Source: Microthyrium microscopicum
Taxonomy: Eukaryota
Assembly: GCA_010405405.1 (NCBI GenBank)
Contig: MU004237.1
Span: forward strand, 658,191 to 722,190
Reading direction: 5' to 3'
DNA length: 64,000 bases
This document shows, piece by piece, positions 34,554-48,444 of the stretch (its first letter is position 1; each line of letters opens with the position of its first letter). The notes below the pieces were generated by a model, which was not told the origin of the DNA, did not search any database, and saw only the letters and a list, made by a program, of their open reading frames with translations. The position numbers were made by a program, and so were the translations under genes.

Positions 34554-37159
34554 TGTTATTTGGTGGTATGAGATCGACTTGAGATTCACAATGACTTCTC
34601 TGCTGTTGCTAGATTTCAAACAAAAAATATTTATGAAGTTGGAAAACAAACATTGACCTGACAGAGGAGTTGTAGAAAGTTTGGTGAGTCAATAGGTCCG
34701 GTTACGGAAGGAATAGCCATGCTGGGTTGTGATTGGTTGCAATTGGGCAAGGCTGGCATTAGGCTGAGCAAAGAGAATGCTACAATCGATCAAACATATC
34801 TGTTAGATTGGCTGGTGTTGTCCGATAGAAGCTCTGATAGGCCAATTTCTCACATGAGAATGAGCTCAGAGATCTGAGGGAATGTGAAGATATATTCGAT
34901 ATTTGCCATGGCAGTCAGGTATCTACTCTGCTGGTCGCTGCTGTTATCCACACTTGAGCATTACATAGAGAACCTACTACGGGAATTCGCCATATTTAGA
35001 TTGTGGAATGCGTGGACCTGTTTGACGAAAACATGGGGGCATTGCTGCATGTAGCTTCTTAGTTGGAAATAGGTAGTTGGGCGACTCCTTGAAAGTTTCA
35101 GATAGTTGGCAGGTTTAAAATGTCATTTCCTCTTCGATCAGATTCTCTCAGACATATCAGAGCAAGTCATGCAAAGATTGAATGTTTTAACTTGTAGTAG
35201 TCATGATTCACCATTGCATTAGTTAGTGACACGCCAGATGCTATGCGCAGTGTCCATATTGGTTGGCATAGATAGGTGGCAGAACGTTACCCATCTGCAG
35301 CAGATCAGATTATTCGATAGAATGGTTCATCAATGCGTTAAGTTTTTATGCCAGCTTGGCAAGCTTCACGCTTCAATCTTAAATGAACGTGGAGACGCGG
35401 CATTTATTGATGTATGGTGATCATGGAATGCTGCGACAGAGATAAGACCATCGGTTGTTGAGATAAGGATGTCATACTACTGTCAATTGCAATCAACTGA
35501 AATTTGTCAGGGGCATTTGGAGATGCGACGCCTTATAGCCAGGAGAGACTTTGTATATAGACAGCCGTTGAAACATGCTTGGGCATGGGCAGTTGGATCC
35601 TCTCATGGAGGCTAGGTTGGGCACAAATGGCACATACAGAGGCCAGAGAAAGCTGGAGCTCAATGCAGGACGGTCTGAGGAAGGGATTGTTGGGTTTGAC
35701 GCCCTGCATGGTTAGAGGACCACGTTCTCGAATGATTGGAAGTTGACGGCTGAAGGCCTGAGCGGTGTATCCAGGGAGTGAAATAGATAGACAGCACGTT
35801 GGGACCTAAACAAAGTCAAAGTCTGCAGGCGAACCATTCAGCAAGAGGATAGGCAACTCGTGGATGAGATTGAGGATATATTGATACAAGGCGAAAATGG
35901 TGGATGTTGGTCAATGTCTTAAAGGAAATGGAGGTGAGGTTAAGAGAAAGTTTGATCCGAGCCGAAGATAGCCGAGACGCCGAGCAGGGATTGTGCAAAG
36001 TGTGGCTGTCATAGAATCGGTCCGATGATTTTCTGTACACGTCGGCCTGGGGGTGGAAATATATTGCAGCGCTCTAGTGTTAACTTTTATTTATTTTATT
36101 CCTTGGTAGCTTTTGCTCAAGGCTGAACTTATATGCAAACCTAGACTCTCATCAGCTGCTTGTCCCTATGTGCGCGCGCAAACTTGACGCTTCCAATACT
36201 TTGCTCTACAAATTCCATGCCATTGAGTATTACTGCGCTAGGCTATTTGTAGCATTCTATACCATGTACGGTGAAGTCATACATGGCGTTGAATCGCTGA
36301 GCGCGTGCAAAGTGGAAAGTTATTTTCTTAAGAGGATTGGTACGCGTATGGTTACTGCCCAAAGAGGGATAACTTCCAGACGTAGTTTCTCTCACCAACT
36401 CCACCTGAGATCCGTACATCGCAGAATCTCGTTACCTTACTCTACTCCAATTCTCTCTTCTCCATATACCACCTAATCCTGACATGCCATTCTCTTTCTT
36501 TCCTAATTCCTCCTACTGTTGCGATAACCTCTCCCCCTAGATTTCCAGAAACCTGTTTATCCACAATTGACAAATCCATTTGTCTATTAGATTGTCTGCC
36601 AGCATCTCCCAAACGCCATCACCAACCAAAGTTGCGTCTGGCTTGCTGCAAAATCTCCCGACACGCACCGCCTTCCCGCAGCCACACTTCCATCCCATTG
36701 GAGTCCTGCTCAAAGAGTACCTGGCATCAGGTTGTCAGACTCTCAACTCTTGGATCTTGAGACTTGTTGTCTGTGCCAACGGTTAATTTTCTTATTCCTG
36801 CGCCTACTCATCCAATTACGCTCTGTTCTGGCGACTGCCTCCACGCAATCAACCTTCCGACTCGCTTGTTGGTTCCTTGCGCCTGCTGCAGTCTGCGCTC
36901 GCACACCGTACTTATCTGTGCCATCCAAACGTCGATCGCCACAACCAAACCTCTTTTTCGGATTGCTGCAGCTTCCCTCCTGACTGGCCGTATCCTAGGG
37001 TCCATTGACGTCGCGTGGAGCGAAGAGGTGAGGTACCAAGGCGTGTTGCAGAACCACAGCTACCCATTCCACCCTCCAATCGCCTTTGCTTTGCCCGGGC
37101 AAAGCCTGCCCATTCAATTGTCCACGCCCCCCAAGGGCCTCTCTTTCAATGTCGCCTTC

Positions 37160-40100
37160 ATGTCTGATTCCTCTCCCAATAATTCAAAGCATTCTCTGGC
37201 CCCTTCACCGGCTATTCCTCCGGCTGGACCTGCGCCTGTTTCCAACTTAAACTCTAACCATGACGGTCTCACAAATTCGTCCTCGCTGGAAGATCAACCT
37301 ACCGAAGCAGCACCTGTCTTGACGTCTACTTCTGCGAGGCTCAAGCCCGGGCCCTCGTCCCTGTCTCGTCAGCTCTGGGCAACTTCTGTTGATTCTCCAC
37401 AACTATCAGAACGGGACAGTATCTTCGCTACTACCTACTTTCCTGCAAACTCTCCACCGTCTTCCTCTTACCGCCCAATTGTTCCAAAAATTAGCAACCG
37501 CTTCCATGGGGAATCATCTAGTCAAGAAGACTTTCCTCTGGCAGGAGCCATTGGCGGAAAGGTGACATTTGCTTCACCTATATCTCATCCAATTCCAATC
37601 CAAATACCAATATCAAATCCATCATCGATCACTCCCACTGCCAAACAACCTCACTCAACTTATACATCAACTAATCGTCTTCGTCCTATTCCTATCCCCG
37701 ACATTGACACTCGTAATTCACATTATTCGTCATTATCAACCTCCAATCGTTCAAAATCTGTACCCATGGGAAACTATCAGGACGAAGACAGCGATGTCCC
37801 CCAGAGCCCACTAGGATCGCCAATCAACTTTAGTACATCACCTTCGCGATATGAGGATCCTATTGCCAGTTCTACCGATGATCTCGGTGAGGCAGCAAGA
37901 GTTAGATATCGGTCGTGGAGAGAGGGCAATGCCGACCTTGGCGTTCATGATGGCGAGAAAGCTCGAAGAAGTAAGAGTGGGGATAATGCCACAGTGGATC
38001 GAAAAATCCAAGCCATTCTACCCCAAGTTGACTCGCAAAATACATCCACTCGAAGTCGCAAGTCTAGCCACTACATGGGTCTCTTCAAAGAGAAAGATGC
38101 TGCAGAGGATCAGATGAGACGGGAGAGTCGTGTCAATTGGACCAGTGAAATTTCAACGGATGTCAAATCAAAAGATGACATTTCGCGGCAGCGTGTACCA
38201 AGCAGGCGCAAAACAGCAATAGGCTTAGAGGTCACCAGGGAGTCACCCGAAGAAATTTCTGGTCAGAATCTGGAAAAGCCTTTTGATTTTCAGACCTCGC
38301 CTTTTGATCAATCTTCGCATCCGACCCCAATACCAGCCAAGACAAGTTTACATCGTCAAGCACTCTTGACAAAACATGGGTCAGATGGATCGACCAGACC
38401 GCCCTCAGCTGGTAAAGGGAGCGCAGAGATAGATGCCGAACGACACGTTTCTGTAGGCTCTACCACTTCCACAATCAGTTCAAATCAAACAGAGCGTGCC
38501 AGGACAGCTAGTGACTATAGTCTTGTGGCTACTGAAGACGATGAAGACTCTGAAAAGGAGCATATTTCGTCCGCTACTTACATCCCTCATCGACAAATTC
38601 GTTCTAATCTCTCGCCACTCTTGGATGTTACTCGAAGACCAATTTTTCGATCTCAAAGCGCCGCAACTGTGGCCATGTCACCAGAACCAGTCGTCGAAGA
38701 CGACACGGGTGCAAGTCCAACCGAAGTAGAAATATCGTTAAAGTCGCAGGACAAGGTTCAACTATGGCATGGCGAACTGGGTCCTCGCGGCGGTGCAGGA
38801 TCACCTACAGAACTTGAACCGCCACTTGATTACGAGGCTACTAGTTCTACTTCGGAAGCTGAAAGCTATGAAGAGTCGATAGCTTCTTCTACAGCTTATG
38901 AGTCTGAAAGTGACGCTAATCTCGATGAAGATCCTGACACTCCAAAAGTAAAGCATCGCAAGCATCGACCTCGGGTTCCTGTTGGGGTTGTTCCTCTGAA
39001 ACCTTTCCGCCATCAAGTTGGTGGGCACAGCACTGTCTTTCAATTCTCGCGCCAGACTATTTGCAAGCAATTGAACAATCGTGAAAATGTGTTTTACGAG
39101 GTTGTGGAGAAGCATCATCCTGAACTGTTGGACTTTATGCCAAGGTACGTTAGAAGTATATCTCTAAAAGTTCCAAGCTGAGACTCAGCAAGCTTCCATT
39201 CTTTTCCTCGTCCAACACTTGCATTTTTTAGCTAACGTTTCTACAGATATATTGGTGTACTCAATGTCACATTCTCCAAAGCTCCAAAACGGCGAAAGAC
39301 GGAATCAATAGTTCCAGATTCCACGGCCCTTGAATCTGCTTCTACTGCTCAGAATGACGATTTGAAACCTACCAAAGACACTGAAGAGGCTCGGATCGTG
39401 AGCCATTCTCAAAAGCCCACTGCAATCCCCCAAGTCATCTTCGAAAATAATCGACACATAATTCCCGCAGACTTGTTCCAGGAAGCTAGAAGACCTTCCA
39501 CACCCAAGCCTGTGTCCTCTGACCTCGAACCTCGACTCAACTCCTTGTCTTTGAGACCTTTGAATCCTATTGAATCAATTTCACGCGATGGTAGTCCTAG
39601 GCCTCACATAAGATCGTGGGGATCTACCCGTGTCAATACGAGGCTACAAGCCCAAGTACTCCGCGAGGTGTTTACACCCCCTATTATTCACCGCCATCGT
39701 CATGTTAGACACAGTTTGGCAACTGGTCAAGGTGCTTCTATTGGTTCTTCGGCTCATACAGCGTTTCACCGTTCGCAGTCCGATCTTCCAGCATCTTTGC
39801 AGCTATCTCCTTCGGTGCCTGATGCCTCGGCAGACAATATGTTAGACGTCGGCCTGCCTCTACATCCTTCTCGCACTGCTCCCGATGACGACGTAGAATA
39901 TGTTGAACAGCGAGCTGTAAGTACCCACGCTTCTCAATCTCTTGCTCGTTTGCCTAGGAGGCGACATTCAGGAAGCGGTCTTTTCCGTCGTGCTATAGAT
40001 GCCGTGTCTGGTGTTCGAAGTAATTTAGAATTTCATGAAGAAGACGGATATAGAGCAGATCAGGAGGATGGGGTCTTTGCTATGGACGATGATTCCCAGC

Positions 40101-41194
40101 TTAAGCAAGATAGCGCTTTGAAGACGTCAGCTAGTCACCAGCAGCTCGCGGTCAAAGATGAAACCCTTAATCAATCAACCGGCTCATTGAATGGCCTATC
40201 GCACGAGTCCTCCCGTGGTTCGGAGCAAGAGATCAAGCCTCTGGCCAAGAGAGCCACCGATACTTCTCTTGTCTCTCAACCCACGATTCCTCAACAGCTC
40301 TCTGATCCAATCGATGGCCGAACTGAGCTGTTTCTTCTACTCGAAGATCTCACCGCCAAGATGGAAAAGCCATGTGTCCTCGATCTGAAGATGGGAACCC
40401 GTCAATACGGCGTTGAAGCCAATGAGAAAAAGCAACGTTCTCAACGTCGTAAATGCGCCATGACTACCTCGCGTGAACTCGGTGTCCGCGTCTGTGGTAT
40501 GCAGGTCTGGAACGTCAAAACTCAGTCTTACCTCTTCGAAGACAAATATTTTGGTCGCGACCTAAAAGCAGGCACCGAATTCCAAGACGCCCTCTCCCGC
40601 TTCTTCTTCGACGGTATTGGACATGCCAGCGCCCGTCGTTACATTCCCGTAATCCTCGAACAACTCGCCAAACTCGAGCGCATCGTTCGCCACCTCCCCG
40701 GCTATCGCTTCTACGCATCTTCACTCCTCATCCTGTATGACCGCGCAGCAGCATCCTACCCCGGTGAAGGCGATACCTCCTCACCTAGCCCGCCTGACGA
40801 TTCACCCGGCGCGAGAACGCTCACGCGTGCAGATAGTGGTCCGCCGCCTCCGCGCTCTCGCCGCAGTGCACACCACGCCAGCGCTTCACCCATCAAAATC
40901 AAAATTGTCGATTTCGCCAATTGTGTCACGCAAGAAGATACAAGTCGCGCCGCACACGCTACTATCCCACCGCACGATCCGGACGGTGTGGATAGAGGCT
41001 ATCTGCGCGGTCTGAGAACGCTGAGATTGTATCTCCAACGCATCTGGCGCGAACTTAATGATGGCGAATGGGTAGAGCGTGGTGAGGGCGAGGCAATGGC
41101 GGTGGGGCAGCGTGGTGCTGGAAGAGGGACTACTGGTCGTTCAGGCTGGCAGGATGCTGTGCCTTGGGAAGATCCGGGAAATGTGAGTGTTTGA
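37160..41194 (+). CDS. KCS1: Inositol polyphosphate (IP6) kinase
   Basis: PFRHQVGGH, KQLNNRENVFYE, FLLLEDLT..MEKPCVLDLKMGTRQY, FYASSLL and IVDFAN motifs; long Ser/Pro-rich N-terminus; intron 39145-39246; first ATG in frame at 37160. Confidence 0.9.
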
Positions 41195-41605
41195 TGTGGT
41201 ATTATTCAAGTGGACGGCGAAGTATTTGGAGAGAACTCGCGCAAGCATGACACACCGGTTGGTACGCAACATTCATGGATAGGTGTTTTTTGCTTTCTTT
41301 TCAAGTGCTATGATGGAAGGCGCGTACTGTTCGGCGTTCGTTGGGTTGAAATAGAATTTTTTGATAGTCATTGCTGCTCTGAATAAGAGCCAGATAGCTT
41401 CCAACTGCAATTTGTTATGGCCTTAGATGATGGCCCAGTCTTCTTTCATCTCTTCACTTTATAGCATGCCGTCTACTGATATTCAACGGTTGTGACTTCA
41501 AGTGTTTGTGGATGATGCTAATGCTAGATGGGTATAATGTCCAAACTAACCGCCTCTTTTCCAACCGGATGCTCATCTAACGGACCATCAAACTTGAATA
41601 CAAGC

Positions 41606-42939
41606 CTATCGGCGAAGAACATCCTTCTCCAATGCCCTCAGATCCCGACGACGCGAATCACTCAACCAATTCGTCGCAAACATCATCATCTCACCACCCG
41701 GCTCCGTCGCCCGTCCATCCCCATCCTTCTCCCCAACTCTCTGCTTTTTACCATGGCGAATCGGCAACCCTGCATCCTCATCATCTCCATCCTCCTCTTC
41801 CTCTCCATCGTCTTCTTCCTCATCAACATCCATGCGCTCCATCTCCTCTGCTACCAAACCAGCCGCCTCCCTCACCCCCACAAACCACGCCATCTCCAAC
41901 CACCCATCTCGACTCGCCGCCTGCATATACCCCTCCACCAGTCCCGCCCACTGCCCCTCCGGCACCAAAACCCCCGGATCCTCATCATCACTAACCCCCA
42001 ACTCATCCGCCTCTCCACCAGGCACATGTTCCCTCAACACAGCATACATCCGCCCCCGTCGCTCCTTATACGCCTCTTCCGTCAACTCCGCCGCCCGTGA
42101 CGCCCCATCGAGTTGAATAACCACATAATTCGCAATCGCCGCAATCAGCGGCGGCACATGGCTCAACGGCAAGCTTTGAACGCCTGGTGCGTCGTCCGAT
42201 TCTGGTTGGGAGGCGAGGAGGCGCGCGACACTGGATACGCCGGCGAATATGTGGGGGCCGGCGGACGCGTGGTTGAAGAGGCTGGCGAGGGCGCGGATGG
42301 AGGCCATTATCCAGGGGGGGAAGGAGGAGTCGGGGGTGGTGGGGAGGATGCGTGTTATTGTTCGTGAGGGGTTTTTGCGGCGGGTGGTGGTTTTTGCGGG
42401 GGTGCGTTTCGAGGGTGTGCGGATTGGGATTGCCTTTGATGTTGTTGTGGTGGTGGTGGGTGTTTTGGCGGTTGGGGTTTTGTGGGTGGGTGTTTTGGTG
42501 GTGTTGGGTGTTGCTTTTGTGCTGCCTGGTTCGCGGGTTGGGCGAGGTCGTTTGCTGGGTGTTGTGGGTTGGTTGGAGCGGGCGGTGGGTGTGGAGAGGG
42601 CGCTGTCGAGGTATTCGTAGAGTTTTTTGTAGATGCGCTTGCCGCAGGGTGGTTTGGGAGTGATGTCGGGGAGATCGAGCTTGGTTTTTAGTCTAGAAGT
42701 TGTCAGTTTTGCTATTGGTAGTCTTGAAGGCTCCAATTGAGTCTGTATACGAACCTTTCACAGGCAATATTGGCGCAAACATAACCACGGCCGATTTCTT
42801 CTTCTGGCTTTAGACTGGCAGCTTTGCTTCTTGATTGAGCCAGGAGGGACGTGGCCATTTGTACGAGCTCTGTTGGAAGCTCGTCGGCCCATCCTGGTAG
42901 CAGGCTATAGAGATCTTTGTTTATTGCTTGACGGCTCAT
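41606..42939 (-). CDS. ORC6: Origin recognition complex subunit 6
   Basis: LP.ELV..A.SLLAQSRS.A.SLKPEEEIGR.YVCANIACER / LK..LDLP.I.P.PP...RIYKKLY.YLDSAL, the typical fungal ORC6 N-domain; TP-rich linker; C-terminal GEMMM...NWLS..RR. Confidence 0.85.
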
Positions 42940-43424
42940 GTTGATAGTGGGTGGTAAGAAGTTATGGTAGAACGTGATCTGGAGGATTAAGTGGTAAGGT
43001 AGATAAATTGACGCGCCGCGCTAGTCGACAACGTGTTGGAACGTGGCAGCCTGTCGCGTTCTCACGTGCATTAAAATCAGTATTAATGTATTCTCCTTTT
43101 GCCAATTTGTCCCCGACTTGCCTTCTTGTCTTTAACACGAAGCAACTTGACTTTGTATCCGATCCATTCATTGGCGTCTGAGTCATTAACTGGTAGGGTT
43201 AGTGAACAATTCGAAGCTAAAAGAACCGCTTTGAGAGCTTCTGTATGTAGCTGAGAAGCTTCAAACCATACTCCGTAGATGAGGCTAGGCAGTATCAGGC
43301 TGCCTAAACGGAAGAGCTCCAGGTCAACGTCTCTTCCTCTACCAAAAACCATTTCTTGGGACGATATTTAGCCAAGTCTACAAGCAAGCTCATTTGGTCC
43401 CCGTAGTTTGGTATAAACATTCAA

Positions 43425-44495
43425 ATGGCGCAAGATCCGGAGGAGCAACTACATTCCGCTTGCGACGAGTGCCGTATGCCACGCGATGACTGATAACCGA
43501 TACCGTACTGATTCGCGCTAGGAAGTCGCAAGTTGCGATGTTCAGGCGATGTTCCAATCTGCAAGCGTTGTCAAGATGAATCAATCAGCTGCTCATATTC
43601 AATTCGGAAACGAATGGGTAGGCCAAGAAAGAGAAAGAAGAGTGATGAAGAAATTACCCAAGAGCCCCCAGTTCAGAGGTCCACGGAACTGTCTTCGACT
43701 CCGGGCATTCCACCTGCACAGATTACAAACCCTCCAGCGGTATCAAGTATCGATCAATGGTCTGGTTATAATTTCGATGCTACCTACGATCCGCTACTGG
43801 CCATGCCAATGACAGGTTTTGGTCATGGCTTAAATAATACGGCAGCGTGCCTACCAAACGTAGCCCCTCTGCAACATTTTCAGCAGCCAGACAGCTGTAA
43901 TTGCGTTGAGATAATATCCCACATTCTATCCGCCCTGCGAAATATCACAGACTTCCAGTTTCCTGTCTCAGTTGGCTATCTACGAAATGCCATAGCCAGT
44001 CTCTACGGCGTAGCTGCTTGTACATACTGTCCACGCACCCGCCCCTCTGCAATGCAGAATATCTCTCTGCTTAATACAGCAATACCCAGTATTGTCGATA
44101 GACTCCAAATGGCGATCCAGAAACTCAATGAAGAGACCAAGCGGCTGGAAAAGTCTGGTGGAACAAAAGAGCTTAAAGTCGCAGATCCAGCTGATATGCA
44201 ACATCATACAGGGACAGCAGATTGTCCAGCCGGTCTCATAATGCAGATCTCCGGTGCGCAGTGGCGAGAAATATCGGCCACAGCATTACGAAAATTGATC
44301 TCCGGGCCGGACTGCAGTATTCTTGATTTGATTGAAGTGGTGGAAAGAAGACAGCATCATTGGCATACTGATCCCGAAATGCAGAAACTGAGAGACGGCC
44401 TGATTGAGAAGGGCGGTGGAGATGGACATCAGCCTGGTGGTTGTTTGTTTACTTTGGGCCTCTTTAAGGATATGTTGCAACAGCTGGATATATAA
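43425..44495 (+). CDS. Zn(II)2Cys6 transcription factor
   Basis: Spliced N-terminus MAQDPEEQLHSACDECR/SRKLRCSGDVPICKRCQDESISCSYS gives all six cysteines, followed by RKRMGRPRKRK. Confidence 0.9.
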
Positions 44496-44549
44496 CGCCT
44501 TGTTATGCAGATTATGAAAATGGACTGGTAGACTCGGAATGGACCAGTT

Positions 44550-45140
44550 TCATGCTTGGGCTCCTGCTGCAGAACCTTCAGCGCCACCCTGAGCAAGTAA
44601 TTTCTGGCGAAGCACTATAGAAAATTAGTGGGTGCGAATAGGGAGTTTGAACCCTAGGATTGCATACCTTCTTCAACCATTCTGAGATTATCACTCTTGC
44701 CTCCGACTATTTTCTCCAGATCGTCCAGGTTCGTTCCTAACTCCTTGATTTTGCCCTCGTAGAAGACTTTTGCCTTCGTCCGATCCTTCTCGACGTAGAA
44801 GCCTGTACCAACATCTACCAGCACCTTGTCTGTATCCGCCAGTCTACCAGGCACGTATAGGCTAGCTGTCAATGGAACCAGTATCGTTCGTGATGTGGCT
44901 TCCGGGACAAGGGCGGCGGATAGCGACTTTAGGCATTCATTGAACTTCGCTTGTGCAGATCGTAAGGATTGGAAGGAATTGGTGAGATGGGACACTTCTT
45001 CGTCGAGCTGTTTCTTGAGTTGGGAAAGAGTTTGGGCGGGAAGATCATTGAGTCTGACTACAGCTAATTAGAGGTTGTGTATTTACTTATACATCGCAGA
45101 GCATACCTTGTTGGCCACCGGCAGCAGCAGAGGACGCCAT
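44550..45140 (-). CDS. GIM5: Prefoldin alpha subunit 5
   Basis: LSQLKKQLDEEVSHLTNSFQSL, ILVPLTASLYVPG, VLVDVGTGFYVEK; two introns. Confidence 0.9.
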
Positions 45141-45466
45141 GATGGAGATATCTTGTGAATTTGGAGCTGTGATGCTTTAGGATACTAGTGCTGCCATTAA
45201 AAAAATCCAGGCACAGGTGGTTGGGTTAGAGGGAGCTTAACCCTAGCGTGGCCCCTCCAACTACCCCTCTCAAATTTGATGACGAGAGAAATGTTCTGGC
45301 CATTAACTTGATCATATTTTCCGAACTGTGGAAGAAATTGGAAATCTCGGTTCGGCTACAGATTTCTCATATCCAGACGATACCTCAGGTTCCTTAAGAT
45401 CACCAGGTTTCTCTCCGATCTACGGTCAAATCACCTCGAGTCGCTCGTTCAACCGCAACCGCAAAT

Positions 45467-46144
45467 ATGTTCAAGAAAGAGTAGGAACCCAACGCAATGA
45501 CATTGACGCATAGCTAACCTGATAATGAAGTGTCTCCCCCAGGAGCAAAACAAAAGTTAAATCTTCTATACAACGAAACCTCCGCGCCAAACTAGTCGAG
45601 ACCTACCCTGGCCTAGAACCACATATCGATGAGATCCTACCCAAGAAAGAACAACTCGACGCCCTAAAACTGTACGCCACTCAATCCTGAGCTGTTATAA
45701 ATGCTCACCGTTTCTAGTCCTGAGCAGCGTGCATCGTTATATATGCTTCCCGGAAAACCTCTATTCTTCCAAAAAATGGACGATCCACTTATCCCTCATC
45801 TACGCCTCGTTCATGCCTACCCACATGCCTTTACGCGAATTCGGATTGATCGCGGCGCTATACGATTCGTACTGTCGGGTGCGACGTTGATGGCACCTGG
45901 GTTGACTTCGCCGGGCGGGAGACTACCTGGGTCCGATTTGAATAACGACGATGCTGAGAATTATGGCACGGAAGATCTACCGGCCGGCAAGGTGGTGGTG
46001 GTAGAAGCGGAGGGGAAGGACAATGCGTGCATGGTGGGCGTGCTGAAGGTAGGGACTGGCGAGATGAAGGCGAAGAAGAAGGGTGTGGCTATTGACGATG
46101 GGCATTATTTGGGTGATGGACTTTGGCGGCTGCAGTTGGATTAA
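45467..46144 (+). CDS. TMA20: Translation machinery-associated protein 20 (MCT-1, PUA domain)
   Basis: MFKKD../KVKSSIQRNLRAKL, IPHLRLVH, IDRGAIRFVLSGATLMAPGLTSPGG, HYLGDGLW. Confidence 0.93.
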
Positions 46145-46375
46145 CAGCATCCGCAAGGCGTGGGATAGTTGATAGTCGTTTTCATTCGAAAGGCCACACT
46201 TTTATATCAGACGAACTATCATAACATATGGCCTATACCACCAGGGCCCAGTCGCTGCCATCTTGTCTGTCATATCCCAGGCATGAAAACGAACCGAGAC
46301 CTTCAATGACTGCTAGAATCATACAACAGTTCGGCTCCTGCCACGATACACCCGAGTCGTGTTGTCTTTCGTCCC

Positions 46376-47953
46376 CTACTTGTCATTTTCGTCCAGGCTA
46401 TCTCCTACAATCTTGCGAGTTACAAATTCGCGGATCTGCCAAATTCTGTGACTCAAACCAATCGCGCACGCATTGCACAAGCCTTCCGTATTGTCGCCTT
46501 TATTCTCATGCCACTTGAACTCTTCTAGCTTCCGGAGTTGGTAAAGATGATCTCTCAGCCCATAATGTCCTTGCTTTGAGAAAGGACCGATCTGTCGCTT
46601 GCGAAGCTGCGCGAGAAATTGATGTAGAAGGTCAACATCGTGAAGACTCTTCTGGTAGGAATCAACCCAGACGGTTTCGTCTGGCAGATAGCCAAATGGA
46701 GCGACTGTATTTGTGACTCCGTGGAAATCATGGCCAATAGGTAGGCCCCACTGGCCCGGTGATCCGTGTTCAGGCAGGCCACTGATGTGCTTCGGTCCTT
46801 TGGTAGAATTTGAAACTACGGCAGTCAGATGCCCCGCAAGTTTCACCAGGTGTTCATCGATTGTTTGGACGTAAGAGTCTCGTAGTACAGCCATCCTATC
46901 TGGAAAACTGTTAGTGGTTTCTAAGCCCCATCAAAGGCAACACCGAAGCAAGGCTCATACAACGTACCGAGAAAGACGTCGCCTAAGAATGGGTGGTTTT
47001 TCATAGTCTCCTCGTGCTGTTTCCAAGTATCTTGGACTCGTTTCTCTAATTCGACTATACAATCATTAGCTGCGCACCCAGCATCACGATAAAGAGCGTA
47101 ACTACCATGGAGCATTTCGTGAGGGTGACCAGAGCCCAAGTCGGTCTCCGACATGTCGAACGAGTATTCGTGCATGTGTTCAATAAGCCATTTCGTGCTC
47201 TGGGAGTAAACGTCTTCGCGCCGTAATATTACAGCACACTCTGCAACGGCAATTGAGACCCTACATGGCCACTCGAGTGGAGTCTGAAGACTTTCGACAT
47301 ATCCCATGAATGCGCGAAGTGTATGATTGATGTAGAATGAGCAGGCTTTCTCAGCCTGATATTTGTCACAAGCAATCGCGAAGTTGCGGAACTGTAAACA
47401 TGCGGTGTATAGTTTTCGCTCAAGAGCCATTGAGTTCTCATATTCGACGCGGAATTTTAGCCAATCAAATTCGCGAAGAAGTCGTTCCCAATCCAAGACA
47501 GGCGAGAAGTTGAAGTTCTCATCCCAACCTTGAAGCATTTGACGCATGGCCTGGGAGTCCTGGCCGGCTAGCATTCCTGCTTGATGGTACAGAATCTTGC
47601 AGAGGCTGAGCATACCATCGTAGTCATCACCCGGGAGATGCAACTGGTAAGGTTCGGAAGCTCTTTGAAAGGTTAGATTGGATGCCTCGAAACATGACCC
47701 AATTCTGACTGACTGGGCAAAATCAGCGGCTTCTTTAAGGCCTCCGCGAAGCATGCGGTCGAACACCGGGCTGAAGGTGGTTAAGATTGTTGAGGACAAC
47801 TGAAGCATGCCCGCATTGCCAACAATGAGAACCACGTCGCCCTCAGGATCAAGAACGAAGCGGCGCCTGGTATTATTAGCACAGAACAGTCCAAGAACGC
47901 GCAGATCAAAAATACTCGGCCAAGAACTTTTGCTCAGCAGCGTGATAATCCAT
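46376..47953 (-). CDS. BTB/POZ-domain protein, paralogue 1
   Basis: LDPEGDVVLIV..LSSTIL..FSPVFDRMLRGGLKEA, LHLPGDD, CDKYQ (fungal BTB signature); C-terminal LHDVDLL and CNAC. Confidence 0.75.
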
Positions 47954-48444
47954 CGCGATGAAATGTCTCAATGTATTGTAGCGTGGAAACGAATTGACAA
48001 TTCCGTAGCGGGGCGTGTTCAAGAAGAAAAAGTGATGTGTAAAACGCAGAGGAAGTGGAAGATGAAGGTGGAGAGAGAAGATGTTGACAGCAGGTATGTA
48101 GAAGGTGGTAAGTATTGCACGGGTCTAGCATTGAGGTTGCTGGCGCTCTTGGTGATAAATGGCAAGCGCGAGGCCCCACTTTTGATTAACTTCAGTTTCA
48201 GTGAGTTGACAGAGCATTTTTACCTAGATGGTGTTTGAGGTGATATATAATTTCAGGTGGACCATGTTGTGTAGCACTTCCCAATATGACCACTCTGTCA
48301 GCCACTTTGAAGAGAATAGCTGCCTCAGTCCCATATAGCATCTCGATTGGAAAAGGACAAGTTTGAGCTCATCAGATGAAAGGCAAGTAGCTTACAATAC
48401 TGGGGCGGGATGATGTCGAAGATTCGGTATGATGCAAGAGGTGC

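Noticed and set aside
36764..37159. 132-codon non-ATG N-terminal extension of KCS1 in the ORF track
   Set aside because: Starts at TTG in pyrimidine-rich leader-like sequence with no recognisable motif; most likely 5' UTR that is open by chance.
41528..42691. Several overlapping plus-strand ORFs
   Set aside because: Antisense shadows of ORC6 caused by skewed low-complexity composition.
43011..43068. MCB-like ACGCG cores and a CACGTG upstream of ORC6
   Set aside because: Plausible for a replication gene, but there is no full ACGCGT match and the motifs are too short to support without conservation data.
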